A DNA stretch of 59,827 nucleotides, the filler included. It is 4 parts of 4 records of this genome, joined end to end, with 100 filler letters (N's around TTAATTAATTAA, not from the genome) between each part and the next. Parts side by side here need not be neighbours in the genome. Positions count along the whole stretch, not along the records: positions 15,590 to 42,587 come from SRR22947725_1801; 3 more parts are not named here. One strand, written 5' to 3'. Position 1 is the stretch's first letter, and every line of letters starts with the position of its first letter. The notes under the pieces were generated by a model. It did no database searches. It saw nothing but the letters and a program-made list of their open reading frames with translations, and had not been told where the DNA came from. Below, in pieces: positions 18,901 to 27,911 of this stretch. Position numbers and translations under genes: made by a program.

Positions 18901-19711
18901 GGTCTTCATATTCTGGGTAGCAGACCAGGAACACCTCGCCCGTCTCAAAGGCATACAGCACATCAAACCGCGTTGTCCCGGTCACGTTTACCAGTTTGAG
19001 CGGGTCGCCCTCTTGGACCCTGCTTCCGAATGCCACATAAAATCCTAGCTTTGTATCCGTCGTCTGAACGTAGCTGCTCGCGAACTGAATGGTGACGTTC
19101 GAACTGAGCACATCCGTGGAGGCGCCGCTTCCTGCTGCCTCTGGTACAGACACTTGGTCGCTTGAGAGGCAGTTAGGCGACACCTGGAACGGTATAAGAT
19201 CTCTCTCACTCTGCAGGGTGCCGTCAAGAGAGTATTTGGACAGGACATCGATCGTAATGTCGAATGGCTGGCAGCCCACAGTCTCTGGAATAGAGGATTC
19301 CGAGATCGAAAACGATAGACCAGGATCGGTCCATGTCTCGCCCCGCTTCAGCAGGGGCAGGCCCTTGGTGATGCCGTTTGTGTCAATCTTGAGTTTCGTC
19401 GCGTTGGAAGGGACCATTTCCGTGAATCGCCCAGCATGGGCGACGACAGTGACGTCCTTGAGAATGACGTCACCGCCCTGATTTCGGAACTCTATCCGCG
19501 TGTTATAGTCCGTAAAGAGAGGTCCTCCATCTTTCTTCACGCCGAGCAGCAATGGTGGGTTGCTGCTGTCTAGCTCGGCACTCTGACCGCCGAACGTAAT
19601 CTGCGTTGGCCTCAGCTGTGCGCCGAGCACCAGGAAAGCCTGGAGGAGCAACAGCACCAGCTGCGCCCCCGCTGCCACCCTTGTAGATCGAAAAATGCTA
19701 TCTTTGGCCAT
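15998..19711 (-). CDS. Multi-pass membrane protein, TRP/FLC-like (PF06011-like) TM region with inserted Pro-rich, PAN/Apple and Asn-rich segments
   Basis: Signal peptide after ATG 19711; AQRFYLSGM..MPANY..FAWAN and FVFRWGPLFED motifs; CCNACLSDPKCFVWTF..CYLK..CVSG PAN pattern; many hydrophobic helices. Confidence 0.7.
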   Translation of the reverse strand: MAKDSIFRSTRVAAGAQLVLLLLQAFLVLGAQLRPTQITFGGQSAELDSSNPPLLLGVKKDGGPLFTDYNTRIEFRNQGGDVILKDVTVVAHAGRFTEMVPSNATKLKIDTNGITKGLPLLKRGETWTDPGLSFSISESSIPETVGCQPFDITIDVLSKYSLDGTLQSERDLIPFQVSPNCLSSDQVSVPEAAGSGASTDVLSSNVTIQFASSYVQTTDTKLGFYVAFGSRVQEGDPLKLVNVTGTTRFDVLYAFETGEVFLVCYPEYEDRDATITVTVKAAVTTYDSGFPNSAAELSVQYKPGDGGYKQAAIVLTAVFAGIILSSWFTSFVVSSVQPWSTAGSLGYAALGFILWAQRFYLSGMISTEVMPANYKTMTDVFAWANFQAPLPWNWGSETEGIPSNITEGNKMLFQEGAVVFLSAKDLSFSGFTTDTRLAAPPPPIAVPVPVPVPVAVPSSPSSQDSPAQPQTVSPQPIVQTPVAPPAIVTPPIAVPAEPPAEQVAVTPGQDSCSVLKNTDFFGGDLNNGGISAPDPQQCCNACLSDPKCFVWTFSFVDNKCYLKGSSGWQKLGDRTCCVSGTANRNGIPSITVEQINAGGIGGANQNGNKDKDNKNDNNNGNKDKDNKNQNGGGNNNNNNNNGGDKNTLPGNNALQDIFNTPKNRKLLSKSKAFRVLLQDSPPTSAVTQQITQDDVRLRAVSFSDPRSNVTTQNVVVISGQDAGDRAQYLVQVAADTKTESTNYYDRIERAAFWFGVLLGAGLIINCVSYLFVKCCEGELPGVLYMPRIALMVLLVSLTGFSFAGAQLFSGGGGLGPVLVGILVVLFYPILFLIAAFIGVAAAVYRKRKAVYLLSSRANTDEAEINKWDKRVVATWMGMSLNRGKWRPTDPSKKNEFVFRWGPLFEDCRGPLFQRKKVDTSSPSMNGSLRRTGSIVSDTSSQSGANTISESGMKPRRSSSRKKVVSIEEKPLYRCCGSNVRRSNYQAYGTIISLARMCIYGLLIGGLGSWPAAQAGSCLGVAVLYLCFLRFSVPLSRRDEMALEYFICVLDITIFGILLGLTFVGPESFSTMDTFCIVLISIQGLGLLAYLINRVLIIIHAWAEVVCPACALGAPSPKKSKSKRRRSKREASITYSGASDVSGPYFIGPNGSPVSNNGNGIHPSGDYAAPDQVNGMVGTGGSSHSRTPSRTGPSFPVIVEESEHADPEYRQEIDLAQGLSQSQRKGQNAVFDKFWRSL
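17790..17812 (-). repeat. (AAC)n microsatellite encoding poly-Asn
   Basis: (TTG)n run on the + strand, within the CDS. Confidence 0.85.
18342..18378 (-). repeat. 6-nt tandem repeat encoding (VP)n
   Basis: (GGAACG)n on the + strand = VPVPVPVPVAVP. Confidence 0.8.
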
Positions 19712-20087
19712 AATACAGCCTCGATAGTCCCCACAGAAGCGGTCAACTCTGGAGCAAGTAATCTGGATTTGGGCAAAAACGCGTTCGCCCGTTCTCCCAA
19801 CTCTCCGCGTGAGGTCGCTCAGAGGCACTGCACTGACCTCGATTGATGAAATACTTTATGTAATTAGTGCATGGGCCTATCATATGGCGTTTTTGCGTGA
19901 GATGCTCGAGGGCGCCCAACTGGATCGACCTCGGCAGCGAGCGGAGTTGAGGAGATTGGCCACCGATTGGCCAACCGAAAAATATCACGAATAGGCCCGT
20001 GGATTGGTCGGCAACGACGCATCATCTGGCTTACGTACGAGAGGCTCCGAGCCTGAGATAGCCTGCGGTGGTTTCGACTCGCTCTGC

Positions 20088-20936
20088 ATGGCGACCCATA
20101 TTCTCGAACGAAACGATGTCCGCGTCGTTGTCAGCGAGTTTGGTGCCCACGTTCAAAGCTGGTCCGATGAGAACGGGGATGTGCTTTTCTTGAGCAACAG
20201 AGCCGTGCTAGATGGCTCGGTAGCCATACGAGGAGGCGTGCCAATTGTTTTCCCACATTTCGGACCCCACCCACATGTGGGGACTGTACAGTTTCCGGCT
20301 CACGGCTTTGCGCGGTTGTCAACATGGAGGACGCTAGAGGTCAGCGAGACAAAGCTAACGCTGGAGCTCACGGAGAAGGATGTTGATAAAGCCTTGCTAG
20401 CTGATTTCTCCGACTCCCGCTTCTGCCTGCGATATGTTGTCGACATTGGGGACGACGACCACGGGCTCAAGCTGAGTCTTGTGGTCACGAATACGGGCGA
20501 GAAGGAACCACTCCCTCCCATAACCCTTGCACTCCACTCATATTTTCGCGTTGCTCCGGAATCAGTCGAGGTGCGCCTCAATGCCAAGGACGTGAAATAC
20601 ATTGACCAACTCCGCGCGGACGCAGGACTTTTGACGAGCCCCGACGGGGTGTTTGCTCGGTTCGGGGAGGAGGAGGTGGACTTGATCGCCCTTGACGTGC
20701 CCACTACCGTCGACATCGCGGACAAGGCGTCGGGCAGGCGCATGCTGGCGATACGGACGCAAGGGCTACCGGATGCTGTTCTCTGGAACCCATACAAAAA
20801 GAAAGCAGCTTCAATGAGTGACTTCGGTGACGATGAGTGGAAGTGCATGGTATGTGTAGAGTCTGCCAACATCCAACGCCCGATCGTCCTCGGACCAGGG
20901 GAGATATATACGTGTGCAGTGACACTTCACAGGTGA
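20088..20936 (+). CDS. D-hexose-6-phosphate mutarotase / glucose-6-phosphate 1-epimerase
   Basis: AIRGGVPIVFP, HGFAR, ALHSYF, VLWNP and MVCVE motifs; ATG 20088. Confidence 0.92.
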   Translation: MATHILERNDVRVVVSEFGAHVQSWSDENGDVLFLSNRAVLDGSVAIRGGVPIVFPHFGPHPHVGTVQFPAHGFARLSTWRTLEVSETKLTLELTEKDVDKALLADFSDSRFCLRYVVDIGDDDHGLKLSLVVTNTGEKEPLPPITLALHSYFRVAPESVEVRLNAKDVKYIDQLRADAGLLTSPDGVFARFGEEEVDLIALDVPTTVDIADKASGRRMLAIRTQGLPDAVLWNPYKKKAASMSDFGDDEWKCMVCVESANIQRPIVLGPGEIYTCAVTLHR

Positions 20937-21000
20937 AAAGCGCAGAGGCATGGCGACGTCTATCTCTTGTTATATAGTCATCGTATTCTATGTCAAGATA

Positions 21001-22794
21001 TCATGGGCATTGTATCTTGGCAAGCGCTTGCCCCGCAAAGTACCGCACGTCGGCATCCGTGTCAGACTGCTGCAGGCTCTCGAGGCACGGCCGGATCGTG
21101 GCCTCCAGCACCTGACCGGCTGCAGCCGTGTGTACTTTGACGAAGGCCTTGGACGCATTGAATCTCACGTTCGGGACGGGATCCTTGGTCGCGGCCTCGA
21201 CCATCGCCGGAATGATGATTTCGTTGACAGTCCCCTGATCCATGTGTCCCGCGAGGGCAGTCATGGCATGGATGCCAGTGATGCGATACAGATAGTTTGT
21301 GCTATCCACGATGGTGCCGAGGAGATGCATGACGATATTCGTCTTTGCCCAGCCGCTGCCGAAGATCCCAGCTAGCTTTTCAAGCGTCTCGATGGCCGCC
21401 TCGCGGATTGAGTACACCTTGTCCTGCAGCCACATCAGGCACTGAGGCATCAGTTGGTTCTTCAAAAAATCCTCACCCATCTGCTGGGCAAGGAGGGGAA
21501 CGTGTGATATGATTGCCATGCGCACGCGCCAGTGCTCGTCCTTCGCCAGCTCCTCGATGGCCGGCATCAGGTTGATCGACAGGACGTCCACACCGATGAC
21601 CTGGCCGACGCTGTCGAGCTTTCCAATGATCCCGAGTCGCGTCTCCGAATTTTCGTCCTTAAGAAGCTCCAAGAATATCGGCAGTAACTCCTTGGAGGTG
21701 ACGTCCTTGCCGACCATCGGACACAATTCGGTGACCACGCCCGCTAGTGAGATACGTACGTACTGGCTCGCGTCGTTGGCAAGATCCTGGCATATGGGCA
21801 CGAGGGTCGCCGTAACGTCCTCCTTCCTCACGAGCTTGGCAAACTTGCTGACGCAAGACGCGGCAACGGCTCTGACCTCCCCCTCAGAGTCCTGCAGCAG
21901 GGACACAAAGCTCGGCAAGAGCATCGACTCCACCACCTCCTGCTTCGCCGAGCCGGCGACGTCCGCCAGCTGCAGCGCTGCCTGATGCCGGACCCTCCAG
22001 CTTTGATCATCCGCAAAGCGGAGTACGATCGGAACGATCACGTCGTTGACGACATTCGCCTGTCGCCCCTTGCCCAGGACTTTGGCCAGCGCTCCACAGG
22101 ACTCGACCGAGATGAGCCGCACACTATCCTGATCATCGACGGTGAGCTCTTGAAACACCGGAAGTAGATCCCGCTGCATCACGACCGGCTCTATTACCGT
22201 CACAAGCTTGGAAAAAGCCTGGGCAGCCGCCCGCCTGACCATGGGCGTCTCGTCCTTGCTGAGGTCCAGGAACCAACCTCGCACGAGCTTCTTAACCTCC
22301 TCATCCTTCTTTGACTTTTCGTACACAAGTGTCAGAAGACCCGTCGCCGACACCCGCGCCGTCCACTCCTGCCTTATCAGGCTGCCCACCACCGGCACGA
22401 ACTGTGACCTAAAGTCGTCCGTGGCCATCACCTCGCCCACCTCCGCCATCGACTCCGTGGCTTTCGCACGCACCACCGTCTCATCCACGGCGGCCAATGT
22501 CTCCAAAATCGGCAGCATGCATTGCGCGTGACGCGGACCCCCAACGACACTCAGAAAGCTTCCATTCAGTTTGCCCGCCAGCGCCAAGAGGATCACGTCA
22601 TCGTCCTCCTGGTTTTCCATAAGGAACGGCAGGAGCTCTAGCCGTGTACGCTCCTCCCCCAGTGCCAAAGCAATGGACTGCAGCCTCTCGATCGAGTTGA
22701 GTCGCAAGGTCACGTCCTCGTTCTTGAGCTCGGCGATGAGCACGGCGATGGGCAGGTCCCCTCCCAGGGGTGCCTTTGTCGGCTCGACCATCAT
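21001..22794 (-). CDS. Protein phosphatase 2A scaffold subunit A (HEAT repeats), intronless
   Basis: PIAVLIAELKNEDVTLRLNS, DETPMVRRAA, DDQDSVR, HWRVRMAII, DPVPNVRFN, DADVRYFA. Confidence 0.96.
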   Translation of the reverse strand: MMVEPTKAPLGGDLPIAVLIAELKNEDVTLRLNSIERLQSIALALGEERTRLELLPFLMENQEDDDVILLALAGKLNGSFLSVVGGPRHAQCMLPILETLAAVDETVVRAKATESMAEVGEVMATDDFRSQFVPVVGSLIRQEWTARVSATGLLTLVYEKSKKDEEVKKLVRGWFLDLSKDETPMVRRAAAQAFSKLVTVIEPVVMQRDLLPVFQELTVDDQDSVRLISVESCGALAKVLGKGRQANVVNDVIVPIVLRFADDQSWRVRHQAALQLADVAGSAKQEVVESMLLPSFVSLLQDSEGEVRAVAASCVSKFAKLVRKEDVTATLVPICQDLANDASQYVRISLAGVVTELCPMVGKDVTSKELLPIFLELLKDENSETRLGIIGKLDSVGQVIGVDVLSINLMPAIEELAKDEHWRVRMAIISHVPLLAQQMGEDFLKNQLMPQCLMWLQDKVYSIREAAIETLEKLAGIFGSGWAKTNIVMHLLGTIVDSTNYLYRITGIHAMTALAGHMDQGTVNEIIIPAMVEAATKDPVPNVRFNASKAFVKVHTAAAGQVLEATIRPCLESLQQSDTDADVRYFAGQALAKIQCP

Positions 22795-23071
22795 GATTCG
22801 CTTTATATATACGTAATATACGTCCCTGTAATCGCCCCACTTGAATACGTGACCGACAGACGCAGGGTGCGATGTGACGACCTCGAGTCGTTGCTAGCTC
22901 GCGAATCTCTCTCGCCCTCTCGCCCTTTGCCCTTTGGTCGGGCCCGCAGACTACGTTATGTCTCGCTGTTCCTTGACGGTCGCCGACAACGCGTCACATG
23001 CAATATTTTTGCACGAGAAGACGGTCCTTTTCGACACATATTTTCGAAGCTGCTGCGGTGGTGGTCCCGCC

Positions 23072-24844
23072 ATGGCCAATCCCCTGCTGCAGGCCGCAAT
23101 GCGGAAAGAGGCCCTGGCTAGGAAGCGCCGGGAGGAGAAGAAGGCGCGTCGAGAGCAGCAGCCTCTGGAAGATGGAGGTGGTTCGGAGGGAATCGCCGCC
23201 AAGGGAGACGGGCCTTCGACATCGGCCGAGGGGCTGCCGGTGAGGACGTCGCGTTGGGAGAACGAAGATGATGGGGGAGAGGGAGCGGGGGTGCGGGAGG
23301 GCGTGGCCATGGCGCAACCGGAACATGGGGCCGGGGGACGGAGCAGTGTGATGGCGAGGAAGGCACACGCTGAAATCGCCGCCTTCAAGAAGCGATACGG
23401 AGATAACAAAGACAGAACGGGTGAGGACATGGCGAGTCGTTCTCGGGGGGGCGCCGACCTTGAGCCGACCTTGCGAGAGCCGACCTTGCGAGAGCTTTTG
23501 GAGACGGTGGAGCTGGAGGTATTACGCGAGAAGGCTCCGAAAGTTGGTGATTTGGAAGATCTAGATGATCTAGATGACCGAGAGGACCTCGATAATCAGA
23601 TTGGCTCGGTAGGCGTTGATGAGCTCGATGTGGAGCGCTCGAGGGGAGGTGGACAGGGAAGAGAGCCAGCTCCCCGGGCTGAACTGGCGCCGGGGCCAAT
23701 GCCCGGACCTGCGCGGCCTGACACCCGCCACGTCCAGCAGTATGATGAGATTGAGGAGGAAGGCGACGTCGCGGATGATGGCGCGAGGATGGAGGACCAA
23801 GGCCTAGATACTGGCAGTGCAGGCGCGGACATGTTGGTCTCCAACAAACAGCGGCTCTTCAAGCGGAAAATGTCCATGATGCAGTCGTGCAGAGATGTGG
23901 ATCGGTACGAAAAGCTGAATAGGATATCTGAAGGGACGTATGGCGTGGTCTACCGGGGCCGAGATTTGGAGACGTCCACCGTGTGCGCCCTGAAGCGGCT
24001 GAAGCTAGAGAACGAAAAGGCGGGATTTCCTCTGACGAGCGTGCGAGAAATCAACGTGCTACTGGCCCTCGAACACCCAAATATTGTCAATGTGTCCGAG
24101 GTGGTCATGGGCCGGCGGCACGCAGGCGACCCAAGGGATGACCAGATATTTATGGTGATGGAGTATGCTGATCACGACTTGAGTTCGCTCAAGTACCGAT
24201 TCTCGGGCGCGGAGGTGAAGTGCTTGATGAAACAGCTCCTGTCGGGAGTAGCCTACCTGCATGATAACTACGTCATGCACCGGGACCTCAAGCCGGCCAA
24301 CATCTTGTACAACAACAAAGGGCAGCTCAAAATCTGCGACTTTGGACTGGCAAGGCAATTCAGTTCCTTCCCGAGGGACTACACGCAAATGGTGGTCACC
24401 CTATGGTACCGCGCCCCTGAACTCTTGCTTGGGACACGTCGTTACTCTTCGGCCATCGATGTTTGGTCAGTGGGGTGCATCATGGCCCAACTCCTGACCG
24501 GACACGCGCTGCTGAATGGACAGGGGGAGATTGATCAACTCAGGAAGACCTACGATGTACTCGGTAACCCGGCGGCCGACAGCTACCTGGCCACGCTCCC
24601 TCTGTGGAGCAAGTGCTCGCACATAAAGAGGTCGGCACACGCGGTTCCGCTACAGGAAGTGCTGCTGAGGGCCAACGTGTCGGTCACGGACGAGTTACTC
24701 GACCTCCTAAACAGGCTCCTGGACCTCAATCCTGAGACCAGGATTACCGCCCAGGACGCCCTCGACCATCCGTGGTTCCGCTGCCACCCACTGCCCAAGG
24801 ATGTAGCGCTGATGCCCACCTTTCCGAGCTCGAACCTGCGGTAA
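23072..24844 (+). CDS. Cyclin-dependent kinase, CDKG/CDK11 class
   Basis: gccATGG start at 23072; charged N-terminus; ISEGTYGVVY, GFPLTSVREI, HRDLKPAN, DFGLAR, VVTLWYRAPELLLG, MPTFPS. Confidence 0.93.
   Translation: MANPLLQAAMRKEALARKRREEKKARREQQPLEDGGGSEGIAAKGDGPSTSAEGLPVRTSRWENEDDGGEGAGVREGVAMAQPEHGAGGRSSVMARKAHAEIAAFKKRYGDNKDRTGEDMASRSRGGADLEPTLREPTLRELLETVELEVLREKAPKVGDLEDLDDLDDREDLDNQIGSVGVDELDVERSRGGGQGREPAPRAELAPGPMPGPARPDTRHVQQYDEIEEEGDVADDGARMEDQGLDTGSAGADMLVSNKQRLFKRKMSMMQSCRDVDRYEKLNRISEGTYGVVYRGRDLETSTVCALKRLKLENEKAGFPLTSVREINVLLALEHPNIVNVSEVVMGRRHAGDPRDDQIFMVMEYADHDLSSLKYRFSGAEVKCLMKQLLSGVAYLHDNYVMHRDLKPANILYNNKGQLKICDFGLARQFSSFPRDYTQMVVTLWYRAPELLLGTRRYSSAIDVWSVGCIMAQLLTGHALLNGQGEIDQLRKTYDVLGNPAADSYLATLPLWSKCSHIKRSAHAVPLQEVLLRANVSVTDELLDLLNRLLDLNPETRITAQDALDHPWFRCHPLPKDVALMPTFPSSNLR
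23462..23494 (+). repeat. 15-nt tandem duplication in the CDK N-terminus
   Basis: GAGCCGACCTTGCGA x2 = EPTLR EPTLR. Confidence 0.85.
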
Positions 24845-24916
24845 AAAAAGGGATTTTTACGATGATTTACGACGCTACCGGCGTAACACCCGATTGGTAA
24901 TGAAGACCAGAAGAAT

Positions 24917-26200
24917 ATGAAGAATATTGTGAGCGCGCTTGGGTTCGGGAAGACGCCGTGCAGGCTCGAGGTGGAGTTTAACGTTGGCTCCTCCTCGCCG
25001 TCCAGGGCCCCTTCTACTTCAGGGAGGGAAAAGGGCTCGGCCGCAGCCCGCCCCCCGGTCTATACGGACAAGGACACTATCAGAGGAAGGCTCCAAGTGA
25101 TCCCCCTGTCCCTCAAGGGAGTAGATCACCTGGGCATCCGGGTGCAGCTCTTCGGCGAAGTTGTTGTCAAGTCCCACAAGCACAAGCCCCACGAGTTTCT
25201 CTCCATGGTGCAGGACGTGGCGCCTCCAGGTGATATAATGGCGATTGAAACCCTGGATTTTGAGTTCAAGAACGTCGAGATGCCCCACGAATCATACCAC
25301 GGCGGCCAGGTGTCACTGAGGTATGGGGTGCGGGTTTTCTTGGCCCGATCCATGGGTCAGACGGTGATTCAGGACCGTTGTTTTGACGTGCGGAATCCAG
25401 TAAGCCGGACATTAATGGTCACCGACACGAAAACGGGCCGCATCGACGAAGAGGGAGGGCAGAGCCACGGGGCGGATGCTGTAGGAGCGAGAGAGGCGGC
25501 ACAAGTGGACACACTTGCGGACGGGGATATCGCCCAGGAACCCCGCGGAACCTCGACCGAACCTCAAAATGCACACGAAAGCAAAGGCGGCATGATTAAA
25601 ATGGAGGTAGGGATCGAAGACTGCCTGCACATTGAGTTTGTTTACGGGAAGGACGCCTACCACCTCAAGGACGTCGTGGTCGGTAGAATCAACTTCGTGC
25701 TGGTCAGAATCAAGCTCAAGCATATGGAGTTGGAAATCAAGCGGCGAGAGGTGGTCGGGAGCGGCATCGATGCCCGCTTGGAGAGCACGACCGTAGCCAA
25801 GTTCGAAATCATGGATGGAGCACCGACCAAGGGCGAGTCCATTCCTATTCGGATGTATCTCTCGCCGTACCCGTTGACTCCATCATACGAGAATGTTGAG
25901 AACAAGTTCTCGGTGAAGTATGGTCTGAACCTGGTGCTGGTCGACGAGGAAGACCGGCGGTACTTCAAGCAGCACGAGATCCGGCTGTATCGGGTGTCGG
26001 ACGAAGCACTTGGGGTCGAACCGGCGTGGAACCTATTCAGCGGCGTGAATGGCACACATGCGCAGGGAAAGACGGACGGTGATGGGGAGGTACACGGAGA
26101 AACAGGAGTGCTTCCTCCTTTGGCAGCGCCAGAGGAGGAAAATCTTGGCGATGCCCATGAAACGGGGACCGATGGCGGTTTCTCGCACATCCCACTGTAA
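24917..26200 (+). CDS. VPS26: Retromer subunit VPS26
   Basis: IKMEVGIEDCLHIEF, KFEIMDGAP.KGESIPIR, LNLVLVDEEDRRYFKQ. Confidence 0.96.
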   Translation: MKNIVSALGFGKTPCRLEVEFNVGSSSPSRAPSTSGREKGSAAARPPVYTDKDTIRGRLQVIPLSLKGVDHLGIRVQLFGEVVVKSHKHKPHEFLSMVQDVAPPGDIMAIETLDFEFKNVEMPHESYHGGQVSLRYGVRVFLARSMGQTVIQDRCFDVRNPVSRTLMVTDTKTGRIDEEGGQSHGADAVGAREAAQVDTLADGDIAQEPRGTSTEPQNAHESKGGMIKMEVGIEDCLHIEFVYGKDAYHLKDVVVGRINFVLVRIKLKHMELEIKRREVVGSGIDARLESTTVAKFEIMDGAPTKGESIPIRMYLSPYPLTPSYENVENKFSVKYGLNLVLVDEEDRRYFKQHEIRLYRVSDEALGVEPAWNLFSGVNGTHAQGKTDGDGEVHGETGVLPPLAAPEEENLGDAHETGTDGGFSHIPL

Positions 26201-26224
26201 TAAAGCTGCATTAGACCAAACAGA

Positions 26225-27205
26225 ATGGCTACAATCGCTCGATGGGCCCATCGAGACCTAAGAAAGCGTGCTCACGCCATTCAAGCATGTCACCGGTCGC
26301 TTTTGACCTCGACGCTCGCCTCTAAAGACGGGGAGGAGCCCCCTTTGGCGCAGGAGCATAATGCAACGAGTGAAGCCGATCGAGAGATGGACAATTCGGC
26401 TGCCTCCCCGTCGGCGACGACCGACTTCGGGTTCCAGCACGTCCAGGCCGACCAAAAGCAGAACCTGGTGCGGCAAGTATTCAGCAGCGTCGCACCCTCG
26501 TACGATGTGATGAATGATTTGATGAGTGGTGGGCTGCACAGAATGTGGAAAGATAGGCTCGTGGAGATGCTGGCCCCGTTCCCGGGCTCGATGCACATTG
26601 ACGTGGCGGGCGGAACAGGCGACGTTGCTTTCCGGGTCCTGCGGGCGATGCAAGGCGCCGAGGGCCTTAGAGACGCGTCTGAGTCGCCAGAAGATCGAAA
26701 AGGAGGCGTTACGGTATTCGATATCAACCCCGAGATGCTGGAGGAGGGCAAGAAGAAGGCGAATAAGGCCACAGACCTGGCCACCCATCGACTCTCGTGG
26801 GTGGAGGGGAGCGCTGAGGAGCTGCCTTTCGATGACAATACGTTCGATTCGTACACCATCGCGTTCGGCATCCGAAACGTTACCAACAGGTCGACGGCGC
26901 TGGCCGAGGCGTATCGAGTCCTGCGGCCTGGGGGCAGGTTCTTGTGCCTCGAGTTCTCCAAGGTCACCGTGCCCGGCCTGCAGCAAATTTACGATGAGTA
27001 TTCGTTCCGCGTGATACCCGAGGTGGGTAAGCTGGTCGCTGGCGACGCCGAGAGCTACCGATATCTTGTGGAGAGCATCCGAATGTTCCCAGGTCAGGAG
27101 GAATTCAAGGAGATGATCGAGGCCGCACAATTCCAGTCGGTTGGCTATGAGAACCTGACTGCCGGAGTTGTGGCCATCCACTCAGGTATTGTCGGAAGGA
27201 AATGA
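26225..27205 (+). CDS. COQ5: Ubiquinone biosynthesis C-methyltransferase, mitochondrial
   Basis: Arg/Ala/Ser-rich transit-peptide-like N-terminus; VFSSVA..YDVMNDLMSGGLHR, DVAGGTGD, AFGIRNVT, YLVESIRMFP. Confidence 0.95.
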   Translation: MATIARWAHRDLRKRAHAIQACHRSLLTSTLASKDGEEPPLAQEHNATSEADREMDNSAASPSATTDFGFQHVQADQKQNLVRQVFSSVAPSYDVMNDLMSGGLHRMWKDRLVEMLAPFPGSMHIDVAGGTGDVAFRVLRAMQGAEGLRDASESPEDRKGGVTVFDINPEMLEEGKKKANKATDLATHRLSWVEGSAEELPFDDNTFDSYTIAFGIRNVTNRSTALAEAYRVLRPGGRFLCLEFSKVTVPGLQQIYDEYSFRVIPEVGKLVAGDAESYRYLVESIRMFPGQEEFKEMIEAAQFQSVGYENLTAGVVAIHSGIVGRK

Positions 27206-27252
27206 ATGCGACGCACGTAACACGTCATAATAAATACATGGAGTCTCATACT

Positions 27253-27801
27253 TTACGCGAGAGCTTTCCTGGCGCGGAGACCGCGGCTCAGAGCGCTGGC
27301 CTTGGCCTTGGCGGCCTTGACCAGGTCCGGCCTCACCTTGGAGGCGACGGCTCCGGCGGCGTGGGCCGCACGGCGCGCGTTCTTCTTGACGGCAGTCTTC
27401 TGGGTCTTGATGCCGTTCTTCTTGGAGGCAAGCGTGATGGCGACAGCTCCGTCCTGCTCGACAACACCCACGTTGGCTCCCCTGTTGGCGAGGCCGCTGT
27501 ACTTGTACGAGTTTTTACCAGTCCTGCATTCGACGCGACGGGAGAGAGTGCGTGAGTGAGAGGCGGTGAGGCAAGTTCGCCACGCGATTGCGGCTCCAGC
27601 AAATTTCACGCGTTCGACGTACAGATTGCACGGCTCCTTGGACCACACGGTGCGGTTGAGATTTTTCTGCAAGTAGCAGTTGTTCCTCTACATAACGGGC
27701 AAAACGGACGAGTCAGAGAGAGGGGGAATGCGTTCCAAATTTTCCGACGGGCGAGCCTGCAAACTCACCTTGACGAGCTCCCAAATCAATGCGCTAGACA
27801 T
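27253..27801 (-). CDS. RPL28: 60S ribosomal protein eL28; exons 27801-27769, 27687-27623, 27523-27253 (122 aa)
   Basis: Spliced translation MSSALIWELVK|RNNCYLQKNLNRTVWSKEPCNL|TGKNSYKYSGLAN...RPDLVKAAKAKASAL. Introns GTGAGT..TAG (81 nt) and GTACGT..CAG (99 nt). Confidence 0.92.
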
Positions 27802-27911
27802 GATGACGACTGTTTCAATGTTCTCGGTCGAATTTGAATTCAAATCGGGGTGTTTGGCGGCGAGGAACGCTTAAGGCGATTGGCGAGGCATCACTGCCTT
27901 TTTGGAGTGCA

